From NCBI GenBank assembly GCA_951406725.2, contig OX597823.1, positions 52,514,001 through 52,578,000 on the forward strand: DNA of 64,000 nt, given 5' to 3'. A program made the translations under genes and the position numbers. This stretch comes from Octopus vulgaris. Its lineage: Eukaryota. How positions within the stretch are numbered: position 1 is the stretch's first letter; each line of letters opens with the position of its first letter. The notes beneath the pieces were generated by a model, which saw only the letters and a program-made list of their open reading frames with translations, ran no database searches and was not told the DNA's origin. This document shows positions 26,462 through 39,654 of this stretch, one piece after another.

Positions 26462-27123
26462 TTGGGTTGTCCGGAAAGTTCGTGCCAACTTATAGTAGCT
26501 TGCCTTTCGACTTATTTTAGAACATAATTGAGTCCATAAAATAGGATTTGGGTTTTTGGTTTCTTTGATACAGCATCAACAAATGCTAGCAAGTGAATGA
26601 CCACCCTGGCAAATTTCCCTTGAAATACTCACTGGTAGGCTCCAGCAACCAGCACCAACACCAGTTAGAGCACAGTTTAAGCTATCTTTTCATGGAAGCA
26701 GGTTTATGATCCTATTACCTGTGTTAATTTTGTAATCCTATAAAATGGAAGATAAGAAAGTTCATTTCCGGCACTTGATGTTTGGGAACCAGACAAAAAT
26801 TGCTTCAGCTTGGCTGTGATGTGTTATCCCACCCTCCATATTCACCAGATTTTGCTCCTTCGAATTTCCACTTATTCATGTCTCTGCAGAATAGTCTTAA
26901 TGGTAAAAATTTCAATTCCTTGGATGATGTAAAAAGATACCTTGATGACTATTTGCCATGAAACCACTTCAATTCTGAGAAGAGGGTATTTTCGAGTTAT
27001 AGGAAAGAGACGCATTGTGCAACAAAATGGTTCATATTTGATTGATTGAAAAATGTAATGGCAAGTATTTATTGACCATTTTCTTTCCTTTAAAAATTGG
27101 CATGAACTTTCCAGACAACCCAA
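26462..27123 (+). mobile_element. Internally deleted mariner element with TA TSD
   Basis: TIRs TTGGGTTGTCCGGAAAGTTCGTGCC / GGCATGAACTTTCCAGACAACCCAA; encodes PPYSPDFAPSNFHLFMSLQNSLNGKNF. Confidence 0.92.
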
Positions 27124-27619
27124 TAGATTTATATATACATTTAAATGCATATGCATATGTACACTGCATCTGATGGCTGCTGATTCTCTTGTGCTTGTAT
27201 ACCCTTTGACAGGCTTTCTTTTCATGTCATAGGTACAACAGATATCACTCTCTCCACTTCAGACAAGCTCAGTGTGGTTGCAGTTTAGTCAGCAATGATC
27301 TGATCATTTGCAAGTTATACAAGGATGCATTATTTCAGTTGAAGGTCTCTGGTTATCAGGTAGATGGCTTCACATACCTACATATAAACATACAAACCTC
27401 TCACATTTATATACATACAAACCTCTCACATGTATATACATGCACACACACACACACACATATTCACACAGACATGTGCACATATATCAACTCTGTTTGT
27501 ATGTGTGTGTATTTCTTTTTATACTTGTTTGACTTGTTCCTTCAAGGCTGGAGTTTTCTGCTGATAATGAAAAAAATCTACTTCATAGAAATTTTGATCA
27601 CATTGATGATAAATATTAC

Positions 27620-28900
27620 ATGCCATATTTGAAAAAAAACATCTCTTTTTACAGTCTTGCTTGCATATTGTATTTGTAAAGTGCATGTTACCTGGTCATT
27701 TTCTTTGCCTACATTTGCTAGTTTTCCCAGATTATCATTTAAACATTTTATAACATAACTAAATGCACTAATAATTCTTCATATTATTGTGAGTTCATAA
27801 TCAAGATTAGAGAAACTGCAGGTTTCAAAGCAGTTTTCCATAGATATTTTTCTCATTGATTTTGGAATAAATTCTTACACCTGTAGTCCAGCTGACCTCT
27901 GTGACTGTACATGATTTTTCTTGCCTGTTTGCAATGATGATGCCAAACTTGTTATGCTTCTTATTTCTTTACTGCCCACAAGGGGATACACACAGAGGGG
28001 ACAAACAAGGACAGATAAACGGATTAAGTCGATTATATCGACCCCAGTGCGTAACTGGTACTTATTTAATAGACCTCGAAAGGATGAACGGCAAAGTCGA
28101 TCTCGGCGGAATTTGAACTTGGAATGTAGTGGCAGATGAAATACCGCTAAACATTTCGCCCAGTATGCTAACAATTCCGCCAGCTCGCTATCAAGCTTGT
28201 TATGTTGGCATTTTGCAGAGGTTTTGAAGGGAATGTTCCACCAATATTCACTGGGCCAATATGTATGTATTCATGAACAGGAGCCTTGTTTATATATACC
28301 CAAGGGTAATTTTTCGAATAGAAGGCATTTTATATTGTTCTTGAAATGATGTGGCACAATGAACACTAGTACCTTGATGGCATGCTTTGATAGCAGTAGA
28401 TCACATGTGTATAATGTCTTCCTCAGAAGAGTGACTTAATAGTTTTGGTTGTATTTTTGGAATTTAACGGTTTCATTATCCCTTTTGTTCAATAGATATT
28501 TTGTACTTATCTTCTATTTTTGGATTGCAAAAGCATAACCTTCAAAATGTACCATGGTGTTCTGGTCAAGATTCCAAGAGAATCATACTAATATCTTCAG
28601 AATTTTCAAGTTTACAAGAAATATTTCTGTACACAATGTTTTTATAGTGTGCAGAATGTTTCTCTTACAAATCATCATTGAGGTATATTAGTCTTGCAAT
28701 TCTGAGTTGGCATGGAAGGTCATCATGAAGGGGAAACTTATCCAGGATTTCATGACCCTCAGAATGCTGTCCTTTTCCCTTTTAAGCACTTGGTCGATGT
28801 ATTTATTTTTGCTTTCATTGTTTAGCAGATGCTATCTAAATAACACCATATGACACTCAAAACCAGTCTGCATTGATTTTAAGATGCGCCTGCTCACTTT
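27620..28900 (-). mobile_element. R4/Dong-like (restriction-like endonuclease) LINE remnant
   Basis: Minus strand fragments HFEGYAFAIQK*KISTKYL, HNKFGIIIANRQEKSCTVTEVS (HNKPD..IEVS-like) and IISAFSYVIKCLNDNLGKL...LQIQ. Confidence 0.7.
27958..28190 (-). mobile_element. SINE family C inserted in the LINE
   Basis: TSD CAA(A/G)CTTGTTATG at 27944-27956 and 28192-28204. Confidence 0.9.
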
Positions 28901-29409
28901 TTCTGTGATTGAGCCAGTTAATACCACTGGGTCTGTGGGAGAGTGCAGTTGATGTTAGGATCTCATGGGTTTTAATGTCAGTGGATAAGATTTCTGTTAT
29001 AGACTATTTATGTATCTCAAATGTTAGCACCAGCACTGGTACATGTATTATTGTGTGAGAGAGCAACACATGCCATTAAAGTGACATTGGGGTATAAATA
29101 TATGAAGCTTAATACACCATTCACGACAACCATCTGATAAGGGTGCATCAGGCATAAGCATCACAATCATATGTGCATGACATGGTGACTTCAAATCAAG
29201 ATAAACAGTGTATACAGTTGGGGGTCCAGTCAGAATTTTCTTCAGGTCAAGTAGACCATCCTGCCCAAAAGCTTTCTGAATAAGTGTCGTTTATGTATAT
29301 ATATGAGTGTATATATATATATATATATATAATGATATAAATATATGCATACATACACACGAATATGTACATACCTACACATATATGTATACATACATGC
29401 ATATATATG

Positions 29410-29700
29410 GTTACAGGACATCAAAAAATGAAGAAACAATGAGAAACGAAAGCATAAAAACAAAGACAGAAAACGAACTTTTTTTCAGACTATGAAAAAC
29501 ACAAACAGAGAAACAAGACATGCAACATAAAGAACATTCCCTTCGTCAGTTGTCCCCTGTTTCGTCTACTCTATGTTTCGAAGGTAAGGACAATATGCGA
29601 CTTTGTTGAAACAGTCCTTCCCACAAAGCAAATTAAATAAAATTTGGGATTTTTTGCGGAGGGTGAAAGTGGTAACAAAACAGGGCTGTGAGAATGAGTT
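29410..29700 (-). mobile_element. Microsatellite-anchored repeat, possible PLE pLTR
   Basis: Abuts TA/CA tract; terminus TACAGGACATCAAAAAA recurs at 54084; carries CGAAAC and CTGACGA motifs on the minus strand. Confidence 0.45.
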
Positions 29701-30399
29701 ACTAGTGTATGTGTATTAAGTATATGTATTCATAAAAGTACTATAAATACATATTATTCATACAATCTCAAAGAAATAAAGAACTGAGTATGTTTGCAGA
29801 ACAAAGTTTAATTGTAGAGATTACATTGTTTGAGGTCTAGCAGTGACTAGATCTAAGAAATATCAACGTTGTATTCAAGGGTCGTGGTTTTGACTTGGAA
29901 AGCACTACATCTCTTGGAGAAGGTTGCTTTGATTTTTTAGTGTTTATTTTTTTTTTATGTTATTGCAGGCATGTTTGTGTTTTGGGGTGTAGAAGTGTAC
30001 AGAGAGTGTTTGTCATTTAGGACAACTGAGATTTTTGGGTAAAGAAGAAACTTTCTTGGTGAATTTCCCTTTTGTGCTTTTGTATTGCTTTAACAGGTAT
30101 TTTGTAGCAGGTATCTAAGAATCATGACTTTTTTTATTTAAAGAAATGAGAAAATAAATGAAAACAAGTGAAAGCCTAGAGTTTCAGGAATGACTGATTG
30201 GAAAATTTATTTGGCTTAAATTTTTTGCTCGAATGTCATTTAGGGTCACTTAGTGTTGTATGTTGTTTAGTGAATTAGAATTTAGAATGAGACAAGAAGT
30301 ATAATGTGTATGGGAACGAGAGAGGAGAAGTGTGTAGAAGTGGAAGAGGTTTCATACGAATTAATTTTAAGAATACACTCCCATACACTCTTGCATATG

Positions 30400-30948
30400 G
30401 ATAAACACAAACACAATACAGTGTATATTTACATCCATGCTGGCACACAAATATATTGTGCACCTGCATATATATGTGTGCGTGTGTGGATGTAAATATA
30501 CACTGCTGTGTACATACAAATATACACGCACCAATATATTATGTATGCATTATGCAAGGACATGCACACAATCAGCATATATGTGGACATTTTGTATATG
30601 TGGATGTGCCTGTAAATATATATACATATGTGTGTTTCTATACACGTGTGTGTATGTGTGTGTGTGTGTGTTTGTGTGTAATTTTATTATATACGTTGAT
30701 TACTAGAAGCATGCATGAATGCAGATACATACATAGAACATGCATTAACATATCCAGTGAGGGAGCACAAATAAAGGGAGTATGCATATACATACATATA
30801 CACATAGATATTGCAAGCATGTTTATATATGTGTATGTATGTATGCCTGCATGCATGTATGTATGGATATATGTATGTATGTGTATATGTGTGTGTATAT
30901 ATATATATATATATGCACACACACACACAAACATACATACATGTATGT

Positions 30949-31023
<75 letters not shown>

Positions 31024-31260
31024 GAGGTATGCATGTTTATACACACACACACATACATACCAACAGAATATTCTCATATATACACAGTATTTGTGTATGT
31101 GCGCATACAGGTGTTCATGAACCCTGAATGCATGGATGGGCATGCATACACTATACATAATATACACCAGTTGTAAATTCATCCATGCATGGTATGCAAG
31201 TATTTACGCACACAATACTTATATGCAACTGTATATGTGCAACTTGATATGCATAGATGT
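30400..31260. repeat. Degenerate TA/TG/CA/GATA microsatellite field
   Basis: Seen directly. Confidence 0.88.
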
Positions 31261-31484
31261 TTTCATATCAAGATATAAAGATAAGAAATGGGTATACTGA
31301 CAAAGTTTCCGACTAATCTACGGATACAGAAGGATGGAGATACAGATGAATAGGCACAGCTTAACACATATGTACGTATGGGAATGCATCTATGGCCAAC
31401 TTTTGTGTTAACTGTGGAGGTGTGTCTGTTTTTCAAAGAGAGAATTGTTTTGTTTTTTCATACAATAGGAAATTAGTTCTCATT

Positions 31485-31980
31485 ATCTTTATCATTTAAT
31501 AACTGTTTTTCATGCTGGCATAGGTTGGATGGTTTGACTTGTGCTTGTAAGCTGGAGAGCTGCACCAGGTTCCAGTTGTCTGTTTTGGCATGGTTTCTAT
31601 GACTGGATGCCCTTCCTAATGCCAACCACTTTACAGATTGTACTGGATGTTTTTATATGGCTCAAGAGCTTTTTTACAAGGTACCAGCATCGTTGCTTTT
31701 TACATGGTACCAGCACAGGTGTTGTTTACTTGGTATGAGCATAGATACTTTTTACATGGCCCCAGCACAAGCACTCTATATATGGTGCCAGTACAGATGT
31801 TCTATACTTGGTGCCAGCATGGATTCTTTTTATGTGAAACCAGTATGGGTGCATTTTATGTGGCACCAGCACAGATCCTTTCTTTATTGTACCAACACAG
31901 GTGCTTTCTACATGACACCAGCATGGGTGCTTTTTATGTGGTACCAGCACCAGTGGGGTCACCAAGTAGCTAGCAAGACA
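31485..31980 (-). mobile_element. RTE-tailed non-autonomous element with about 24-bp internal array
   Basis: Same 3' end as the 9455 element; units resemble GGTGCTTTTTATGTGGCACCAGCA. Confidence 0.72.
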
Positions 31981-32214
31981 AAGACCTCTCAGCTGAGAAA
32001 GGGAGTAGAACTGAGAGGAATAGCTAAACTGTTTTCAAGTTAAAGGTGTCATCAGTGCCATACAATTTTGTTCTTTTTGGGGAGAGTATTTCAAATCTGA
32101 GCTGTATTACTTTCTTCTCAAATATATCGAGTGATGTCCAGTATTTTAAATCCAGGTTTGTCTCTGTTAATGAGGGTGGCCGGATCTACCTCACTCTACC
32201 TCTGGATCTATCTT

Positions 32215-32550
32215 ACATTCTCACAGCATCTCACTATCTCATCCGGTTTTGGGCATGCTCCCTCCTGAAGCCAACCCTCCTAATCTCCTCCTCCACCTGT
32301 CCCCTCCATGTTTTCTTTGGTCGACCTATCTTTCATGGTTCATTCACCTTAAACTCAAGCACTCTCTTCAGAGCATGATCCACATCCCTCCTCAACACAT
32401 GTCCATACCACCGCACTCCATTTGCTCTTGCCAGCTGTTCCACCAATTCTTCCAGCCCCGTTATCCCCATCAAGTCCTCAGCACTCCTTTTATCCAATAG
32501 TTTCACACTACACATTGTTCTCATCATTGCTCTCTCAACATACATAAGTG
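32215..32550 (-). mobile_element. RTE-clade LINE 3' fragment
   Basis: ERAMMRTMCSVKLLDK...ANGVRWYGHVLRRDVDHALKRVLEFKV. Confidence 0.85.
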
Positions 32551-33293
32551 ATGATATAAGATATTTGGGTATTTTAGGTCCAAAACAGGTTACCTGGTTT
32601 AGCATTTGATTTTGGAGGAATTCCTAAATGCATGTAGGTACTGCTCAAGGTAAAGTTTGAATTCCTTTGAGGTGGCTCCTATGTAAGTGTCTGTCTAAAG
32701 GCTAAGTGGTAACTTTAGCAGAATAAACTGTACATATAACCATAAATTAAGTGTCAATCGATGTGAATTTCAGCTGTTGCCAGATATAGTAATGGTTTGT
32801 GTGAAGTTTGTTCTCATTTTACCATTGTTGCTGGTGAGAATCAGCGTGAATTTCAGAGTTGTAAAGTGAGAGTCTTTGAACAAGTTAATGTAGTATTTAT
32901 GATTTTACATTAAGATAAAGAGTTTTCTAAGTTAAGAAAGTACTTGGCAGTAAGTTATTTGTTAAGATGCATGTTATTCTTTCCTTAAAATTGCTGCGCT
33001 GTAAGGTATTGTTGTAAATGGGGGCATTACTATGAAGCAAACTTTGTCACATGATAAATTCCAAAGTCTAAATTATTTGCGTTTTTTCTTTTTTTGATAG
33101 ATAATGAAGTTAAAGTGACTGGTTATGTTTTGTTTATATTGGATGGCTAGAAAGCAAAAAGGAAAATGGTAGAATCCTCCTTTTAACCTGCAAGTAACCA
33201 CACTTCTTTATGTGTTTTGTGTAAGGCATTGTTAAGATTCAAGGTGACATCTAAGAAGTCCAGTGTTAGTATGTTAATATTCATTCTGAATTT

Positions 33294-33508
33294 AAAGACA
33301 CAAGCTGGCAGAAATGTTAGCACACCAGGCGAAATGCTTCGTGGTATTTTGTCTGTCTTTATGTTCTGAGTTCAAATTCCACCAAGATCGACTTTGCCTT
33401 TCATCCTTTCAGGGTTGATAAATTAAAGTACCAGTTGCTTACTGGTGTCGATTTAATCAACTAGCCTCATCCTGCAAAATTTTGGGTCTTGTGCCTAGAA
33501 TAGAAAAG
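33294..33508 (+). mobile_element. SINE family C with 18-bp TSD
   Basis: AATATTCATTCTGAATTT at 33276-33293 and 33509-33526. Confidence 0.92.
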
Positions 33509-33622
33509 AATATTCATTCTGAATTTTACAAGGAGGTTAAGCCTTTAATTTTTTTTTTTTGTTTTTTTTTGTTTTAAATGCTATATACCTGTTGAACAGG
33601 TAACTGTCATTTCAGATGAGGA

Positions 33623-33945
33623 ATCATCATTATCATTTAACATCTGTTTTCTATGCTGCCATGTGTTGGGTGGTTTGACAAAAGTTGCTATGGCTGGGGT
33701 CTGCACCAGTTTCTATCATCTGTTTTGGCATGGTTTCTACCGATGGCTGCATTTCCTAATGCCACTTTACAGAGTGTACTGGGTGTTTTTTATAAGACAC
33801 AAGCACCAGTGATTTTTTACACAACACCAGCACCAATGCTTTTATATGGTACCAGCTCTAGTGCTTTTTATGTGGCACCAGCAACAGTATTTTGTATGTG
33901 GCACAATCACCAGTGCTTTTAACCATGGCACTAGTACCAGTGCCC
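33623..33945 (-). mobile_element. RTE-tailed element with about 24-bp internal array
   Basis: Homologous to 31485-31980. Confidence 0.7.
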
Positions 33946-34604
33946 TGTTGTTGCATTGAGATTTTGAATTTGTGCAACAAGAAATGACTATCTAGATCAG
34001 TAACCTCAACAGAGTCAAATGCACAGGTACTGATGTCATAAATTTGCTGTAATACTATTTTTATCCAAATGTGTTGTGATCAAATAGAAGTAAAATTTTT
34101 CTGGCATACTTCTCTTATCCTTTTTGGAAACATGAGAGAATTATTTGGCATAAGAATGCTTTAAAGAAGGTAACATCATAACATTAAAAAAAAAAATGTT
34201 ATCGAAAAGCAATGTAGGCCAAAATCCTTTTGGCCAAAAGACAAATCTTTAAGAAAAACTTATTCATAAAAAATACAAATTATTCAGAAAAGAAATTGAT
34301 TAAAAACTTCAAAGAAAAATAGAATTTTCATCAAAATTTTAATATTTTTCTCAGAAATAAAAATGCATAAAAATGATACAGTGTTTTCAAAATAACTGAA
34401 GAAAGGAAAAATCGGGGGAGGAAGCATAATTGCTTTAATATTTTTTTGAAGTCCTAGTATTTGGTAATTTATTAGCATATAAATCGTATATATAATATAT
34501 CATATATATCATATACATATCTATATTATATTGTATATGATATAATATAGATATGTATATGATATGATATCTTAAATATATCAAATATATATATAGATAT
34601 ATAT

Positions 34605-34820
34605 TCTTTTATACTTTTATTTGTTTCAGTCATGTGACTGTGACCATGCTTGAGCACTGTCTTTAGTTGAACAAATTGACCCTAGGACTTATTCTTTGTA
34701 AGCTTAGTACTTATTCTATCAGTCACTTTTGCCAAACAGCTAAGTTATGGGGATCTAAACACACCAGCATTGGTTGTCAAGCGATGTTGGGGGGACAAAC
34801 ACAGACACACAAACACACAC
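34605..34820 (-). mobile_element. SINE family A, 3' half
   Basis: Matches 4900-5120. Confidence 0.85.
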
Positions 34821-34904
34821 ATTACTGAGACTCCCTTCGGTCATGACTGACCATGAGATTGCACATAGAAAGTTACCCTCCCAGGCACAAGTACAGGCAA
34901 GGTA

Positions 34905-35148
34905 TTGTGCAACTTTTGGCAAAATTTGATGTAGATACTCTGCTCAACTTTGTCATGGTCAATGTGATGATCACATGCTACACACTTTCCTTCCAAGTAC
35001 TGCTGCAAACAACCGAAGTGAGCTCAAATGTTAAAACTTAGTACACATGCACAGCAGAGTTCAAGGTCAATCTGTGCATAACAGCTTTACTCTGCATGCT
35101 TTAGGTTCATTACTATAGCAACAGTCCTGATACTTATTGCTCGGACCA
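34905..35148 (-). mobile_element. Mariner-like 5' end fragment
   Basis: Minus strand begins GTGGTCCGAGCAATAAGTATCAGGACTGTTG, resembling mariner TIRs; no second TIR seen. Confidence 0.4.
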
Positions 35149-35157
35149 CACACACAC

Positions 35158-35195
<38 letters not shown>

Positions 35196-36054
35196 CACAA
35201 AGGAATTTTACGCTTTAACCTTTAGAAAAGTCTTGTATATTTTTACTGTTCCACTTATTGGTTGTATTAGTAATGTGTGATTAGTTGGTTGATTTCTTTC
35301 TCTGAAAACCCAAGCTTATCCAGTATTTCACTAAAGCATTTACTCACAAAATCAAACACATCAATTATTTTTGGTATAAATATGTATATATGTTTGTATG
35401 TATGTTTGTACGTATATATGCATGTATGTATGCACACATGTACCTATTTGCGTGTGTGTGTGTGTGTGTGTGCATGAGTGCCTGGTGCAAAAGTAAGCAA
35501 TAAATTTTATAACTATTATCACGTTAATACTAATAAATACCATAAGAAAATAGTTCATGTTAGTGCTTAAATATACAGAAAATGTCACACTCAAAGATAT
35601 TCTAAGCTGTCTATTTATCTTCATGGCTTCCAGTCAGAGAAGAACACATTACATAATACAGTCCTTGATACATTATGCCTGAAAGATACATGATAGAAAC
35701 TATAACTGTGATATAAACTTAATAGTAAGTCTACTCAGTCAAGTCTAACCTTGACTAAACAATAACATGTACAGTGTAAATATCTCAATATATCCAATGT
35801 ACTTATCTCAGCTTCTTATTTTTATCCCTTTTGTGTACCAGCATCACTTTCTGATTCAACCCCTAACATTATTCACAGTCAATTCTCTCCAGTTTTAGTT
35901 CCAGCTGTCAAGAATTTTCATGCTTGCCTTCAAGATGTTTTCCGTAACTGAACATCAACGACCTTGACCTCACTCCTATTGAAGTGCCTACTAAAACTCC
36001 TTTTATGTATGTATATATATGCATGTCTATATGTATATACATACATATATATAT

Positions 36055-36558
<504 letters not shown>

Positions 36559-36641
36559 ATCACCCATCAGATCTCTCACTAAGTACTTTTATCCTCAATT
36601 ATCCCCAACGATAGCTCTCACTCACAAGGATTACCATCAAC

Positions 36642-36704
36642 TCCTTCCTACATTTTTCTCTTGCTGGACATCAAAACTACATCGATTTCCCTCATCAGAG
36701 AGGA
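36642..36704 (-). ncRNA. Degenerate hammerhead-like motif
   Basis: Minus strand TCCTCT-CTGATGA-GGGA..TCC-AGCAAGA-GAAA-AAT-GTA-GGAAGGA; stem III broken and extra bases before GAAA. Confidence 0.35.
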
Positions 36705-37024
36705 CTGAGCTTAGCAAAAGCCATGGGCTATATTCCTCCGCCTGTGATTACTTGGAAACAAAACAAAAAAATCCCTCCTTTGTCTTATTTAGGTCTCTTT
36801 CCCTTCATCTTTAACAGGGAGAGTACTAAAAGGTCCTGAAGTTCAAAATGATGTTAGAATTTAGGTCATCCTCCGTCAAAGGTTAAGAATCACTACACTA
36901 ATATTAATTAAACCCTTGATTATTCCCAGCATTCTTCTTTATCCTTGCTGTCATTAGTATTCCAATATACATTTCTACGTGTATTTATTCTCATTAATTT
37001 TAATTTTTATAGATACGTTAACCA

Positions 37025-37277
37025 TACATTACACACAGACATACATATATACATACACATGCTCTCACATATATATATGTATATATACATATACATAAAT
37101 GCATACATACACACACACATATATATAGACATACCCACACATATATATATAGAGAGAGACATACACACACATATCTATATATCTGTTTATATATATATGT
37201 ATATATATATATATATATATATACATTGATATTATGTATGTATGCATACATATATAAACACACACTCATACACACAG

Positions 37278-37310
<33 letters not shown>

Positions 37311-37460
37311 CAAAGAGAGGGTGAAAGAGAGAAGGAGCAATGAAGATAGATAGATGAAGAGAGAGAGAGATACATTCATACATGCATACATGTTATATAC
37401 GTATACATACACAAGCATGCACATGCACACACACACACACACACACAAATGTATGTGTAT
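37025..37460. repeat. Compound CA/TA/GA microsatellite
   Basis: Seen directly. Confidence 0.9.
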
Positions 37461-37986
37461 GCATGCTGTGTGTTGTGCATGAGGAATTTATTCTGTTTAT
37501 GTGTATGTGTATGCAGTTAGTAAAAGAAAGAAAGACCATAATAGTGATTAGTTATAGTGAACAGAACCCCACTCTCTAGCCTTTAATCAACCTCTTCTCT
37601 TTATCTCTCTGACCACACCCACTTCTTCTCCACCACCTTTGATTAATATCCATTCACACCCATCGTTCTTGCAGGGCCAAGACTCATCATCTAATGCATC
37701 TCTCTCTCCAAATCTTTTTCAGCGTACTTCTATCTCCATTCAGGCTGTTATATTGCATCACCTTCTTTCTCTGTCTTTTTCTTTCTTGTTTTGTTCTCTT
37801 TCTTCTTTCTCTTCTGTCTTTCTCTCTCTTTTTCTCACTTTCCTTTTTAACTCTCCTTCTCTTTCTCTCTCTCATTTATTACTAATTTTTACCAATGCCT
37901 TTACAAATGGCTCAAGCACTGGAATTTTCTTTAACAGTTAACAAGCAAGACAAGTAAACATTTCCAAATTTAACCAAGGAATTGAT

Positions 37987-38154
37987 TGGCACAACCGATA
38001 CATACTTTAATGGCACAACTGATACATACTTTAATGGCACAACCGATACATACTTTAATGGCACAACTGATACGTACTTTAATGGCACAACTGATACATA
38101 CTTTAATGGCACAACTGATACGTACTTTAATGGCACAACTGATACGTACTTGAA
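37987..38154. repeat. 24-bp minisatellite (TGGCACAACTGATACRTACTTTAA), 7 units
   Basis: Seen directly. Confidence 0.95.
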
Positions 38155-38246
38155 ATGGATTCACTTGAGGAAATGTCGAAGGTTGACCGTTCATAAAAAG
38201 TTCATAAAAAGTATAAAAATCACAATGTATTTTCTGACATAACAAT

Positions 38247-38492
38247 AAAATAAATGCGCCCTTTTAAAGCCTCCCCAGGCTCATGGGCCCGGTTTCCCGG
38301 TTTCAATGACGTATGTGTTCCCCAGCTGGATGGGACGCCAGCGTTACTCATTTTTATCAGCTGAGTGGACTGGAGCAATGTGAAATGAAGTGTTTTGCTC
38401 AAGAACACAATGTGTTGCCAGGTCCAGGAAGCGAAACCACAATCTTACGATCATGATGCTGACACCCTAACCACTAAGCCACACGCCTCCAC
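38247..38492 (-). mobile_element. SINE family B, same subfamily as 6665
   Basis: Reverse complement of the 6665 copy; approximate TSD ATTTTCTRACATA. Confidence 0.9.
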
Positions 38493-38886
38493 ATTTTCTA
38501 ACATACAATCGACAAAATATATAGTATAAAAATTTTTGGTCTTCCAAAGTCATTTTGGTGTATAAGTGGACCTAACTGTTTTGGCTGTAAATTTTGATCT
38601 GAAAAATTCAACTTTTATGCTGGATAATATGGTGAATTACTAAAGTTAACCCCCATCCCTTCCTGCTCCCACATTCATACACAAAAGAAACAATGAAACT
38701 TTTATATTAACTTTTATCATTTACTGGTTTCAGATATTGACTGGCCATTCTGGGATATTGCCTTCAAGGAATTTTGTTAAACAAAATGACCCCAATCTTT
38801 TTTTTTCTTTTACATGACTGTTACTTATTCTGTTGGTATTTTCTGCTGAGCAGTTAAGTTACAATGACTAACAGAAAGACACAGGT

Positions 38887-38920
<34 letters not shown>

Positions 38921-38923
<3 letters not shown>

Positions 38924-39257
38924 ATAAATATTAGGGAATAAATCCAAATTTACAGGAAAAAATCAGATTTAGGATTAAATCCAATTTTATAGTAAAATAT
39001 TATAAAATATTATTAGAGACAAAACCACTATTTTGCAAAACAAACAAGGAAAGACTTAATCAATACATAAAATTTTAATAAATAATAGTCATAATTTGAA
39101 ACTGACTTATTGGAAGTCCACCTGAAGATTGTTGATCAAGACAAGAAACAATTGTAGTGGCGGTTTTTTTGACTATTTATTAAAATTTTATGTATTGATT
39201 AAGTCTTTCCTTGTTTGTTTTGCAAAATAGTGGTTTTGTCTCTAATAATATTTTATA
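38921..39257 (+). mobile_element. TA-anchored palindromic Penelope-like derivative
   Basis: Arms 39001-39090 and 39171-39257; hammerhead in loop; terminus homologous to 55435-55503. Confidence 0.75.
39118..39160 (+). ncRNA. Minimal type I hammerhead ribozyme, intact core
   Basis: CCAC-CTGAAGA-TTGT-TGATCAAG-ACAA-GAAAC-AATT-GTA-GTGG; all three stems pair; palindromic stem III ACAATTGT; triplet GUA. Confidence 0.85.
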
Positions 39258-39289
39258 TATATATACATATATATGTATGTACATTTGAT

Positions 39290-39585
39290 GGATTCTCCCG
39301 TCGTTGGATGACATATGAGGGGCCAACAATTTCCTACAGAACCATCACACAGATTGTTTGTTTATAGTGATCCAATGTTTGTGTAGATACAAGCTCACTC
39401 CCTCCATTAGATCGACATTACCTATACATGTGCAATGGGTGCCACATATCAGATGACAGACTGGTTGCAGAGCAATGTGAAATGAAGTGCTTTGCTCAAG
39501 AACACAACACAATTCCTAGTCTGGGAACCGAATCCACCATCTCACAACCATGAATGCAACACCTTAACCACTAAGCCATGCACCT
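39290..39585 (-). mobile_element. SINE family B, another tail variant
   Basis: Head and core at 39465-39585 match family B; distinct tail. Confidence 0.72.
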
Positions 39586-39654
39586 TAATATATATATGTA
39601 TGTATACACACACACACACACACACACACATACACACGTGTGTGTGTGTGTGTG

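Larger units (their letters stand above)
32570..34150 (-). mobile_element. Penelope-like element RT plus GIY-YIG remnant, interrupted by insertions
   Basis: Minus strand IWIK...YDISTCAFDSVEVTDL, LDFLDVTLNLNN, NAPIYNNTLQRSNFKERI, VYSAKVTT...TYIGATSKEFK. Confidence 0.75.
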
